Assembly (NCBI GenBank): GCA_963801295.1
Contig: CAWDEH010000007.1
Span: 699,848 to 763,847, forward strand
From: an uncultured Chitinophagaceae bacterium
Lineage (GTDB): Bacteria > Bacteroidota > Bacteroidia > Chitinophagales > Chitinophagaceae
DNA length: 64,000 bases
Direction of reading: 5' to 3'
Positions within the stretch are counted from its first letter, which is position 1; every line of letters starts with the position of its first letter. A program made the position numbers and the translations under genes. This document shows positions 21,977 to 32,011 of this stretch, one piece after another. Under the pieces are notes generated by a model. It was not told the DNA's origin, searched no databases, and saw only the letters and a list, made by a program, of their open reading frames with translations.

Positions 21977-22930
21977 ATGAAAGCTCGTTCAGACCATCAT
22001 ATTCCGGCGGACCTGTCGCTGATTCGCCAGGGCGATATCCGTTCCCTTGCGCGGGCAATTACCCTGATTGAAAATGCCATGCCCGGATCATCCCTGCTTT
22101 TGCAGAACCTGGAAAACAAACAGGTCCCCGTAATTGGGATAACCGGGCCGCCCGGTGCAGGAAAAAGCACCCTGGTGGATGCCCTGGTCAAACAATGGGT
22201 GGAGCATAATAAAAAGCTGGCCATTCTCTGCGTGGATCCCTCTTCTTCCTTTCATTCAGGAGCCTTGCTCGGAGACCGGATCCGGATGAACCGCTGGTAT
22301 AACCATCCGCTGATCTATATCCGCTCCCTGGCGAGCCGGGGATCCGCCGGCGGTCTGAATCCACGGATCTTCGAAATTGTTTCCCTGTTGGCCAACGCGG
22401 GTTTTGATCATATCCTTGTTGAAACGGTTGGCGTCGGTCAGTCGGAAGTGGACATTGCTGCACTTGCTGATCAGGTCGTACTGGTGCTCGTTCCGGAATC
22501 GGGAGATGATATTCAGGGAATGAAATCCGGCATCCTGGAAATCGGAGATATTTTTGTATTGAATAAAGCTGACAGGCCAGGTGCATCCCGGTTTCTGCAA
22601 TCACTTAAATCTTCCATTCAGCTTCAGTCTGCCAAACCTTTTTCAGATCTGCGGTTTTTAGAAACGGTTGCCATTGAAGACAAGGGTATCCCGGAACTTT
22701 TTGAAACCATTATGAATAACATCAAAAACATTTCTCCCGAACGGTCTCTTCATCTGTTAACGGAAAAAGCATGGCAATTGATCCTGGAAAACCGGATGCG
22801 CGGTATAGACCGGGCATTACTAAGCCAGCAGCTGAAAGAAATCATGGATCATCCTGATTTTAACCTGTACCGGTTTGCTGAACAATACGATGAAATACCA
22901 ACCAGTCAAAATCAACTCCGGAAATCATAA
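21977..22930 (+). CDS. meaB: Methylmalonyl-CoA mutase-associated GTPase
   Basis: GPPGAGKST, DPSS, LLGDRIRM, ETVGVGQSE and NKAD motifs. Confidence 0.92.
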   Translation: MKARSDHHIPADLSLIRQGDIRSLARAITLIENAMPGSSLLLQNLENKQVPVIGITGPPGAGKSTLVDALVKQWVEHNKKLAILCVDPSSSFHSGALLGDRIRMNRWYNHPLIYIRSLASRGSAGGLNPRIFEIVSLLANAGFDHILVETVGVGQSEVDIAALADQVVLVLVPESGDDIQGMKSGILEIGDIFVLNKADRPGASRFLQSLKSSIQLQSAKPFSDLRFLETVAIEDKGIPELFETIMNNIKNISPERSLHLLTEKAWQLILENRMRGIDRALLSQQLKEIMDHPDFNLYRFAEQYDEIPTSQNQLRKS

Positions 22931-22931
22931 A

Positions 22932-23798
22932 TCAGGAAATCGGTTTTTGTAATGCCGCAGCCAGTCGTTTCAGGCCATTCTTGATTACCATCAGATATGT
23001 AGCGGGCTGGAATTCTCCCAATGGACCCCGGAAAGGTTCCCCGCGCCGAAGATAAATTTTGGTGAATGTACCTGAAGTCATTCCCCACTTGGAAATGAAT
23101 GTATAATAGCCGCGGCTACGACCCATTCTTGAAGTGGATTTACGGCCAAAATGGTAAGCCCGGCTTGCTGCAACTCCTTTAAACAGGCGCACCCCCGCCT
23201 TCCAGAGTTTCATGGAAAAATCCGGATCGGAATAAAAGCCCGGAGAAAATTCAATACTATATCCGCCAACAAGGTCCCATACCTCTTTGTGCACCACATT
23301 TGGCGGCCAGGTGGAACCGGACCAGTCTTCCCTGACGGGATCCGCAAATCTTTTCAGCAATCCGGCTTCATCGAAAGACCCGGGGTCCCTGCCGAAATCA
23401 TTCACGATAACGCAGGCATTATTGGTGTCCGCCGGTTCAATAGCTGTTGAGGAAAAAAAGAAAAGTGAATGGCCGGTTGCCTTAATCTCATTATACAGGG
23501 ATTGATCCCAGCCCGGGCAGAGATACATATCGTCATTGAGGTAAACGATATAATCCGTACTGACTAGTGTCCGGCATTGGTTAAGTGCAAAACAGACCCC
23601 TACATTTTTTTCACTGAAGGTATATTTCAGGTCGGGTTGCGCCGCCACCCATTCTTTCGTTCCATCCATTCCTTCATTTACATGCACGATGATCTCATGC
23701 CGGAATGCGGAATTTTTGCGCAGGCTTTCGATGCATAATTTTAAATAAGGAAGATTGTTCCAGCTTGGGATGAGGATGGAGAAAATAGCGGTATCCAT
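22932..23798 (-). CDS. Glycosyltransferase family 2
   Basis: FSILIPSWNN, YLNDD and SDPDFSMKLW motifs. Confidence 0.85.
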   Translation of the reverse strand: MDTAIFSILIPSWNNLPYLKLCIESLRKNSAFRHEIIVHVNEGMDGTKEWVAAQPDLKYTFSEKNVGVCFALNQCRTLVSTDYIVYLNDDMYLCPGWDQSLYNEIKATGHSLFFFSSTAIEPADTNNACVIVNDFGRDPGSFDEAGLLKRFADPVREDWSGSTWPPNVVHKEVWDLVGGYSIEFSPGFYSDPDFSMKLWKAGVRLFKGVAASRAYHFGRKSTSRMGRSRGYYTFISKWGMTSGTFTKIYLRRGEPFRGPLGEFQPATYLMVIKNGLKRLAAALQKPIS

Positions 23799-23813
23799 TT
23801 TTTTATTGCAGAC

Positions 23814-24053
23814 TTATTTATTCCCGGATTCTCCTCCCTGATTATGTTTCCACCAGCGGAAACCGATAAATCCGGCAATAGCCAGCGGTGTAAAAGCGAG
23901 ATAAATGATGCCCGCATTCATTCCTTTGGCCGGCCCTTCGCCCAATTGCTGGGCAGTGCGGGTACAAATTGAACACTGGGCATTTGTCTTCAGCGTTGCA
24001 ACGCTGAAACAAAAGATAAAAAAAACAGCCAGTAATCCGAATCTGCTCTTCAT
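23814..24053 (-). CDS. Small Bacteroidota-type membrane protein with a CxxC motif (AQCSICT)
   Basis: Signal peptide, CSIC, GMNAGIIYL and a C-terminal TM helix. Confidence 0.75.
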   Translation of the reverse strand: MKSRFGLLAVFFIFCFSVATLKTNAQCSICTRTAQQLGEGPAKGMNAGIIYLAFTPLAIAGFIGFRWWKHNQGGESGNK

Positions 24054-24211
24054 AGCCCTGATTTTGGGTAAAATTAGTGCATTTGCGATAAATGCTACAA
24101 GCTGTTTCAGGGTGATTGCAATCCCTTCAACCGGATTGTACCATGTTTCCGGGATTATTAATTTAAGTCCTTGTTTCATGATCCCACTTTGCTGTTGGCT
24201 TGGTGCAGTCT

Positions 24212-24247
24212 TGGGGGTAAGTCCATAAGCTAATGGACTTACCCCCA
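24212..24247. repeat. Perfect 15-bp hairpin (REP-like)
   Basis: tgggggtaagtccat-aagcta-atggacttaccccca. Confidence 0.7.
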
Positions 24248-24350
24248 TGACTGCAGCAAGCCAATAGGCAAACAACAACCAAACAAAGAAAAGGGCATTA
24301 CAAGCGGTTTTAAGGAAATCTTCCAGAGATGAATAAAAATAATATCTCGA

Positions 24351-24383
24351 ATACTAAAATTATTAGTATATTTATACTAATAA
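24351..24383 (+). promoter_or_regulatory. Palindromic operator ATACTAA-N5-TTAGTAT (CTAA-N5-TTAG; putative LexA-like SOS box) overlapping a TATATTTA promoter box
   Basis: Perfect 7-5-7 palindrome at 24351-24369 and an overlapping 11-bp inverted repeat at 24360-24383. Confidence 0.65.
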
Positions 24384-24515
24384 AATCGGCATGAGCGGCC
24401 ATCATGAACCTCAAAACATCATCCAAAATTAACACCGGCAACGGCCCGGAATGCCCGCCGGGCATAAGAATTGGAGCTAACTAAAGCTGTTAGCGAACAA
24501 CGCCTGACGATTCAC

Positions 24516-24553
24516 CGGAAGTCCGTCAACGGTCAACCGTTATCCGTCAACCG
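24516..24553. repeat. Single arm of a CCGTCAW heptamer element
   Basis: cggaagtccgtcaacggtcaaccgttatccgtcaaccg. Confidence 0.7.
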
Positions 24554-24583
24554 CCACAGAAACCGTCACTAAAAAAGACAAAA

Positions 24584-25195
24584 ATGGAAACGATCATCAA
24601 CACAATGCCCGGCTACCGCCTCAACGACTACATGCTGGTTCTTACCCCGCATGAAGAGTTGCGCAGCCGCATACAGCAGGTAAAAAAGGAATTTTCTGAA
24701 AAATACAGTTGTGCCCAGGCGCTTTGGGGCAAGCCGCACCTGATGCTGGCGCGCTTCACCCAGTACGAAATGATGGAAGAAAGGGTGCTGAACCGGCTTA
24801 AAGCCATCTCTATGGGATTCCGGCCCTTTAAAGCGGAGCTGAAAGATTTCGGGAGCTATCCTTCCCATACGATTTTCATTAATATGATCACCCGGGAGCC
24901 GGTACGCGAGCTGCTAAAAGAAATCCGGGAGTCCCAGCGGATGCTCAAACCCGACAATGAACACAAGCCTTATTTCTCCGACGATCCCCAGTTCAACATC
25001 GCCGGAAAACTCCTTCCATGGCAGTACGAAAAAGGCTGGATTGAATACGCCCACCGCCACTTTACCGGCCGCTTCATGGCCGAAAGTATGCTCCTCCTGA
25101 AACGTCGCCCCGGCACAAAAGCCTGGCAGATCGTTGAGCGGCTTGGGTTTCAGAATTTGCCGGTGAGTACGAGGCAGGGGGAATTGTTTGGTTAG
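24584..25195 (+). CDS. 2H phosphoesterase / 2'-5' RNA ligase family protein with degenerate HxT motifs
   Basis: KPHLML and DPQFNIA at the two 2H motif positions; FGSYPSHTIFI; C-terminal QGELF. Confidence 0.75.
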   Translation: METIINTMPGYRLNDYMLVLTPHEELRSRIQQVKKEFSEKYSCAQALWGKPHLMLARFTQYEMMEERVLNRLKAISMGFRPFKAELKDFGSYPSHTIFINMITREPVRELLKEIRESQRMLKPDNEHKPYFSDDPQFNIAGKLLPWQYEKGWIEYAHRHFTGRFMAESMLLLKRRPGTKAWQIVERLGFQNLPVSTRQGELFG

Positions 25196-25199
25196 AGCG

Positions 25200-25262
25200 G
25201 ATAGTGAATAGTAGATAGTGGTAGCATGTAAGACACCTATCTACTATCTACCATTAACGATG
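25200..25262. repeat. Short heptamer-based inverted repeat (CTAT/CCAT-family)
   Basis: gatagtgaatagtagatagtggtag ... ctatctactatctaccatt between convergent genes. Confidence 0.6.
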
Positions 25263-25283
25263 CAATAAATAGATGATTCTATC

Positions 25284-27103
25284 TTACCCAACTTCCTCCG
25301 TCTTCAGCATCTTCTGAAATTTCTTTCTTTCATCCTCGTCGAGAATGGTTTTGCGGAGGCGGATATTTTTGGGTGTTACTTCAATGCATTCATCCTGCTG
25401 AATATATTCCATGCATTCTTCCAGCGTCATCATGATTTTGGGGATGATGCGGACTGCATCGTCGCTTCCGCTGGCCCGCATGATTGGTGAGTTTCTTACC
25501 TTCTGTGGCATTTACGACCAGGTCGCCCGGTTTAATATGTTCGGCAATGATCTGGCCCGCATATACTTCTTCTCCCGGATCCACGAAAAAGGTACCCCGG
25601 TCCTGTAGTTTATCAATTGAATAGCCGGTGGTGGCTGCCTGATTCTTTGCGATCAGTACCCCGTTGTTTCTTCCGGGTATCGGGCCTTTCCAGGGTTTGT
25701 ATTCACTGAACCGGTGCGCCATCACAGCTTCGCCGGCAGTATTGGTAAGCATTTGCGGTACGCAGGCCGATCAGTCCGCTTGAAGGGATCTCAAATTCCA
25801 GGTGCTGCATTTCGCCTTTGGTTTCCATCACATGCATTTCGCCTTTCCGCTGGGTTACCAGATCAATTACTTTACCGCTATATTCCTGCGGCACATCCAC
25901 TACCAGCATTTCAAATGGTTCGCATTTCTTGCCATTGATTTCTTTTACAATAACCTGCGGCTGCCCCACTGTTAATTCATATCCTTCACGTCGCATGGTT
26001 TCAATCAGGATTCCCAAGTGCAGAATACCCCGGCCAAATACCAGGAAACTATCGGCACTTTCGGTATCTTCCACCCGCAAGGCAAGATTCTTTTCAGTTT
26101 CTTTCATCAACCGGTCACGCAGATGACGGGAGGTAACAAATTTTCCATCCTTACCATAAGAAAGGTGAGTTATTGATGGAGAACATCATGCTCATCGTAG
26201 GTTCATCCACGCTGATCACCGGCAATGCTTCAGGGTTTTCGAAATCGGCAATGGTATCACCGATATTAAAATCATCCAATCCCACAACCGCACAAATATC
26301 ACCGCAAACTACTTCTGTTATCTTTTTCTTACCCATGCCTTCAAAAACATACAGTTCTTTCACCTTGGATCTTTTAATGGTGCCATCCGCCTGCATCAGG
26401 GCAATCGGCTGACCTTCTTTAATAACACCGCGGCTAACTTTACCAACAGCAATACTGCCGAGGAAGGAAGAATAATCGAGTGAAGTGATCTGCATTTGCA
26501 GCGGACCTTCACTTACTTTTGGGTGCGGGTACATATTTCAAAATGCCATCCAGCAGCGGCGTAATATCTTCTGATTGTGTCAATGGAATCGTTGAACCAG
26601 CCATTTTTGCCGGAACCATAATAAGTCGGGAAATCCAGCTGCTCTTCGGTAGCATCGAGGTTAAAGAACAATTCGAAGACCGCATCATGCACTTCATCAG
26701 GACGGCAATTCGGCTTATCCACTTTATTGATCACGACAATGGGTTTCAGGTTCAGGTGCAAGGCTTTCTGCAACACAAATCGTGTTTGCGGCATCGGTCC
26801 TTCAAAAGCATCCACCAGCAGCAAGACCCCATCGGCCATTTTCAATACCCGTTCCACTTCACCGCCAAAATCGGCGTGACCCGGGGTATCAATCACATTG
26901 ATCTTAACGCCTTTATAAACAACGGCGGCATTCTTACTGAAAATGGTAATGCCCCTTTCTCTTTCCAGGTCATTACTATCCATGATCAGCTCACCGGTTT
27001 CCTGGTTATCCCGGAATACTTTGGTGGCATGTAAAATCTTATCTACCAGGGTGGTTTTACCATGGTCAACGTGGGCAATGATCGCAATATTTCTTATCTC
27101 CAT
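25284..27103 (-). CDS. typA: Translational GTPase TypA/BipA; split by several indels
   Basis: [39 protein letters not shown] and [11 protein letters not shown] motifs. Confidence 0.95.
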
Positions 27104-27147
27104 AAATTCCGGTAATTGGCTGGTCGGCAGCCCTTTTTTTCGACGCG

Positions 27148-27155
27148 CAAAGGTA
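27148..27155 (-). promoter_or_regulatory. -7 promoter box TACCTTTG for typA
   Basis: Exact TAnnTTTG match on the minus strand. Confidence 0.6.
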
Positions 27156-27194
27156 GGGGTTTTTGTTGAGATTTGGAAGGGTTTGCGGGAATTA

Positions 27195-27306
27195 GTTGAC
27201 GGTTGACGGATGACGGTTGACGGGCTTCCGTGTAACAGAACGATTTATTTTAAATCGGGATGTTTCACAATGAGTCCGTCAACCGTCATCCGTTAACCGT
27301 CATCCC
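27195..27306. repeat. REPIN/MITE-like CCGTCAW element, opposite orientation to the copy at 14791
   Basis: gttgacggttgacggatgacggttgacgggcttccgtgt ... gagtccgtcaaccgtcatccgttaaccgtcatcc. Confidence 0.85.
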
Positions 27307-27309
27307 ATC

Positions 27310-28434
27310 TCAGACCCTGATATAAATCTTCCTTCTATCCAAAAAAAGTCCGATCAGCCAGCAGAAAAGCATCCAGGAAACGGCAAACAGGAGAGAGCCG
27401 AAATAAAGGCCGGCATGCCGGTAGATATTGTTGTAAAGCCAGGACACCGTATCCGTGCCGGGTTGGGGCTGGACCATAAAGAGGATGGTGGCGCCCACTT
27501 CAGAAAGCAGGTAAATAAAGAGCGGGTTTTTGCCGAATACGGTAAAGAATTTCGTCCATTTTGTTCTGCCCAGAAAATCCACCACATACATAATGGCGGC
27601 AATGATCACGCAATCGAGCCCAACGGTATAAACGACAAAAGAACTGGTCCAGAGTTTTTTGTTGATCGGGAAGCCCAGGTCCCAGCAATAGGCAATTACG
27701 ATGAACGCAAAACCCAGCAACAGTAATTTAGCGAGGCCCTCAAAGGTTTTTCCTTTCTGTTGAATGAATTTCCCGACCATATAACCGAAAGTGACATTCA
27801 CCACCGAAGGCAGGGTGCTCAGCCAGCCCTCCGGATCAAAGGCGACACCTTCACCATGATACATATGGTCTTTCCCCATCAGCCAGACATCTATCTTATA
27901 GCCCAGGTTGCTGGTCATGGCCAGTGGATCGGGAGGGTCGCCGCCAATCCGCATAAAAGCCCAGTACAATAAGAGAATGGAAATGGAAACGGCGATTACC
28001 GTGCCCGGTTTAAAATAATAAATCAGCAGGGATGCGATGCAATAAGCCAGCGCAATTCTTTGCAGAACGCCCAGGATACGGGTATGGGAAAAAGGAGAAA
28101 GCACCAGCCGGTGCGCGTCATTGTATTCAAAGAACGGAAACCAGTACAACAGGAATCCGCAAAGGAAAATGATAAAGGTCCGTTTAAAAATTTTAGCCAG
28201 CACCTGACCCTGGTTAAGGGAATCCCAGCGATTCATTACAAAGCTCAGTGCGTTCCCCACAGCAAAGAGAAAGGAAGGAAATACGAGATCGGTTGGCGTA
28301 AAGCCATTCCAGTGCGAATGTTCGAGGGGGGAATAATTAAACTGGCTTCCCGGTGTATTGACAATGATCATGAAGCAGATGGTCATTCCCCGGAAAACAT
28401 CAAGGGCAAGGAAACGTTCTTTGGGAGCAGTCAT
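27310..28434 (-). CDS. Heparan-alpha-glucosaminide N-acetyltransferase-like (DUF5009/NagX) membrane acyltransferase
   Basis: LDVFRG, DLVFPSFLF, GVLQRIA, DPEG and PINKKLWTSSF motifs. Confidence 0.9.
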   Translation of the reverse strand: MTAPKERFLALDVFRGMTICFMIIVNTPGSQFNYSPLEHSHWNGFTPTDLVFPSFLFAVGNALSFVMNRWDSLNQGQVLAKIFKRTFIIFLCGFLLYWFPFFEYNDAHRLVLSPFSHTRILGVLQRIALAYCIASLLIYYFKPGTVIAVSISILLLYWAFMRIGGDPPDPLAMTSNLGYKIDVWLMGKDHMYHGEGVAFDPEGWLSTLPSVVNVTFGYMVGKFIQQKGKTFEGLAKLLLLGFAFIVIAYCWDLGFPINKKLWTSSFVVYTVGLDCVIIAAIMYVVDFLGRTKWTKFFTVFGKNPLFIYLLSEVGATILFMVQPQPGTDTVSWLYNNIYRHAGLYFGSLLFAVSWMLFCWLIGLFLDRRKIYIRV

Positions 28435-28710
28435 TTTCGTGATTTAGGTTCAGGCGTCAGGAGAGAGATCCAAGTTCGGAAAGTTCAGGCATTTTTCAAT
28501 CGCTGTGAGCGCATTTATAACAGATTTTCTTCAGGCTATGCGCCGGGGCTTATAAGGAATCAATTTAAGGGTTTTGATTTTCTGAGCAGCTTTGCTCAGA
28601 TCATACTGGACTTGTAACCGCATCCAGATATCATGTAAAGTCATACTTGACAGCCTGAAATTACAATGATTATTTATGAAAAAAAGAGTGTTTTAACGGA
28701 ACTTGCAACT

Positions 28711-29618
28711 ATGCCCAGAAAAATCATTTACCTCATCAATCCGATATCGGGAACGAAGAAAAAGGCACAGGTCAGGGAACTGATCTCCCGTAAAACGCGG
28801 GAAGCAGGGCCTGGATTTTGAAATCATTCCCACGAAAGCGGATGGGGATTATCAGTTTCCTGCGAAAGAAAGTAAAAGAGGAGGCGATTACGGATGTGGT
28901 GATCTGCGGTGGAGATGGAACGGTAAATGGCGTAGTGAGGGCTCTGCAGAAGATCCGGGTGAATATTGGCATCATTCCCATGGGATCAGGGAATGGACTG
29001 GCGTTTGCCGCTAAAATCCCAAAACAGATTACCGGCGCACTCACGGTTATTTTTGAGGGCAGGTCGTTTGAAACGGATGCTTTCTATATCAATGAACATT
29101 TCTCCTGTATGCTGTGCGGCATTGGCTTTGATGCATCGGTAGCACATGAGTTTGCAAAACAAAAGAAACGGGGACTTCAAACCTATATCAAAGTCTCTAC
29201 GCTTCAGTTCTTTAAAGCCAAATCGTTTAGTTTTGAAATTAAACTGAAGGACGGTCTGCTAAAAACCGAAGCGTTTTTTCTCTGTATCGCCAACAGCAAT
29301 CAGTTCGGAAATAATTTTACCATCGCCCCCAAAGCCAGTCTTAGCGACGGTCTGCTGGATATTGTGATCGTAAAGAAAATGAATAAACTCCTGTTACCCT
29401 TTTCCATCCTGTACCAGCTTTCCGGCACCAATGCCATGCAACCGGTTTCAGATTACACAAAGAACAAGAATATCCTCTACCTGCAAACGGACCAGCTCAG
29501 CATACGGAATACTGATAACGCCCCGATCCATATTGACGGCGACCCCCGGGAAACAAGCGGGGAATTTGATATAAAGATTGTTAAGAATTGCTTCCGGCTT
29601 TTGCGACCCGTAAGCTGA
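28711..29618 (+). CDS. Diacylglycerol/YegS-family lipid kinase; 5' indel
   Basis: INPISG, GGDGTVN, PMGSGNGLA and HIDGDP motifs. Confidence 0.9.
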
Positions 29619-29628
29619 GGAGCTTATA

Positions 29629-29753
29629 ATCGTTAGATGGTAGACGGTGGATGGTGGATGGACGTTCGTTTGATGTGCAAGTGTCTTTTACAGATACACG
29701 GATAGGACGTATTTTCCGGGTCGTCCACCATCTACCATCTACCATCTGACGAT
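29629..29753. repeat. Heptamer-based inverted repeat (CCAT-family)
   Basis: atcgttagatggtagacggtggatggtggatggacg ... cgtccaccatctaccatctaccatctgacgat. Confidence 0.75.
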
Positions 29754-29767
29754 CAACCTCTGACTCC

Positions 29768-31993
29768 TCAGGGATTCAACAACGAATCCACCTTCCTGAA
29801 CGTTCGCACATTCACCGGCAAATTCAATGCATTCGCCACATCCAGCTTTTCCTGTCGTGTAAGGTGAAAATTGAGTGCAACGCCTTCGTTGGCTTTTTTC
29901 GGCTCATACTGGAAAGTCATTTTGTAAAAATTATTTCCCATCAGCTGCTGGAAAATGCTCAACAGGTCGTCCTGATTATATTCCTGCATTTTATACCAGT
30001 TATACTGGAGCAATAAAACCGGCTTGGTGATAATTTCGGTGATACTTTTGGATTCAAAGGGGCTTTCCCATCCGCCTACTTTCCGGTCGCGGATCTGGAT
30101 CAGTAACACGCCACTGGTATTTTCCTGAATCCAGCTGCGGAATACATCCATAAAGCGGATCGCTACCTGTTCGCCGAAATTATCCCGGAATCCCGCATCC
30201 ATCACATCGATCACCGGTTCGGTCGGCAGCCATACGTTGGGAAGCACATAAGGAAAGGTGGCATTCATGCGCAGGGCGGTGAGCAGGCGTATATTCATCG
30301 GATCCTGCTTTTTGAAAAAACTGCCAAAATCCACCGCGTCCGGATCAATCCCGATAATCTTTGTGCTGTCGAATACCGGCCGCATTAAAAAACTGATGGG
30401 CTGCGTGCTGATCAGCATCGTGCGGCTATCCCGCGTGATCACCGAGCTCAGCAACATCAGGGGAATTCTTGCCGCCCGTTCATCCGGTCCGATATCCTGC
30501 AGCTGCCGGTCCAGTACCCCCTTGGTGTTAATATTCAGTTTCTGTTCAAATGCGTATCCGCGATCCTTGATGTATTCATAATTGCCCACTTTAAATTTCT
30601 GCGCGGGAGCAGCAAGGTCCCTGGCAACAAAAGAAGAGAAAAGCGGGTTGAGCAGATCTTCAGAAATCGCATCTGTGTATTGATGATCCTGCAGGTTGAT
30701 GGTCGGATCCTGTTTTTTCATCAAAGAAAGCGCCCTGAAATAAGCCGCTCCGAACATTCCCCCGGAAGCCCCGGTGATCAGAAATGTTTTATCCATGAGT
30801 TTGCCGCCGGTTTGCGCATCCAGTTTCTGCAACACATTCATGGTAAACGCTGCGCTCCGGCTCCCGCCGCCACTGGTATTGATGATCAGCATCAGGGGCT
30901 TCTCCGTGTTTTGTTTTTTCTTCCAGTTTTCCAGGATCTCCAGCATTTGCGCCTTATCGTGCTTAACCTTTTCCGGTGTACAGAGGGCCAGCAAATGATC
31001 GCGGTCATAAATGGGACGTTCTGAACGATTCGTATAATTCAATCCGTAAGCCTTGTTGGTCGGATCAATCACATCATAACGATACAGCAGGTTCAACAGC
31101 AGGAAAAGAATGATGAGAAAGGGAATGCTCCAGCTTTGCAGGAAATAGGAGAATGCGCCGGACAGGGAAATGAGAATGGAAAAGAATAAGAAAATGCTGG
31201 CGGCTGCCGGCAATTGAAAAAAAGGTTTATCCATAAAAAATCCCACCAGCACCAAAATCAGAAAAGCAATGATAATGGAAAGAATGGCCGCAAAATGATG
31301 ACGGCTGAATATTCTTTCAATAAATTCCTTGCTGTAATGCGATACGTCGCGCACCGGCTTCACGGTAACGGGACTGTTCAGGTACCACATCACTTTAATC
31401 AGCCGGCTCGCGTTGGGTTGCTTATCTTTCGAGCGGAACTGCGATTTAAATAATTTCGGATTCGAGATCAATGGCGTCATCTGACGGATAATGGTCTGAT
31501 CAGCTTCATAGAAATATAAAAGTGATAGTCCGATCACCAATAAAAAACCGGTCAGGAATCCGGCGGTCATCATGGCGATCTCCCCATTGGTCATCAATTC
31601 CTTTGTTCTGTCGAAATCAACCGCCTGAATAAAATAATCAATCAGCAAAAAGCCCGGCAGGATAAAATTATTGGTGCAGTATTTCAGAAAAGGGCGGGTA
31701 GTGGTTGCGAGAAACCGAAAATGGCGACTGAACAAAATGAAGGTGGTCACATTCCAGCTCATGATGAATGCGCCAAGCCCCGCACCTACAATCCCCGCAC
31801 TCAGCGCATTTACATTATTCATGTATTCCGGCGCCATAAATAAGGCATCCGCTCCGAACGAATGCATGAAGCCGCCATGAAAAGTGGAAAAAAGAATAAA
31901 CCAGAAGATCAGCAGCACCTGGAATTTTTTCAGGTAAAGAATGACCAGTTGAATGGGAAAGGAATAATAAACAGCTTTCAGATAATACATCAT
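29768..31993 (-). CDS. Patatin-like phospholipase with N-terminal multi-pass membrane domain
   Basis: SGGGSRSA, GASGG nucleophile motif, NATFPY and DAG motifs. Confidence 0.8.
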   Translation of the reverse strand: MMYYLKAVYYSFPIQLVILYLKKFQVLLIFWFILFSTFHGGFMHSFGADALFMAPEYMNNVNALSAGIVGAGLGAFIMSWNVTTFILFSRHFRFLATTTRPFLKYCTNNFILPGFLLIDYFIQAVDFDRTKELMTNGEIAMMTAGFLTGFLLVIGLSLLYFYEADQTIIRQMTPLISNPKLFKSQFRSKDKQPNASRLIKVMWYLNSPVTVKPVRDVSHYSKEFIERIFSRHHFAAILSIIIAFLILVLVGFFMDKPFFQLPAAASIFLFFSILISLSGAFSYFLQSWSIPFLIILFLLLNLLYRYDVIDPTNKAYGLNYTNRSERPIYDRDHLLALCTPEKVKHDKAQMLEILENWKKKQNTEKPLMLIINTSGGGSRSAAFTMNVLQKLDAQTGGKLMDKTFLITGASGGMFGAAYFRALSLMKKQDPTINLQDHQYTDAISEDLLNPLFSSFVARDLAAPAQKFKVGNYEYIKDRGYAFEQKLNINTKGVLDRQLQDIGPDERAARIPLMLLSSVITRDSRTMLISTQPISFLMRPVFDSTKIIGIDPDAVDFGSFFKKQDPMNIRLLTALRMNATFPYVLPNVWLPTEPVIDVMDAGFRDNFGEQVAIRFMDVFRSWIQENTSGVLLIQIRDRKVGGWESPFESKSITEIITKPVLLLQYNWYKMQEYNQDDLLSIFQQLMGNNFYKMTFQYEPKKANEGVALNFHLTRQEKLDVANALNLPVNVRTFRKVDSLLNP

Positions 31994-32011
31994 GAGGTTC
32001 CGGGTAATTTA

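Noticed and set aside
23814-24278. 154-aa ORF extension upstream of the CxxC protein
   Set aside because: Runs through a REP-like hairpin and promoter region; the signal peptide starts at Met 24053
28435-28710. Hairpin TCTGAGCA-GCTT-TGCTCAGA in a divergent intergenic region as an ncRNA
   Set aside because: A single 8-bp stem with no promoter-terminator framing; insufficient support
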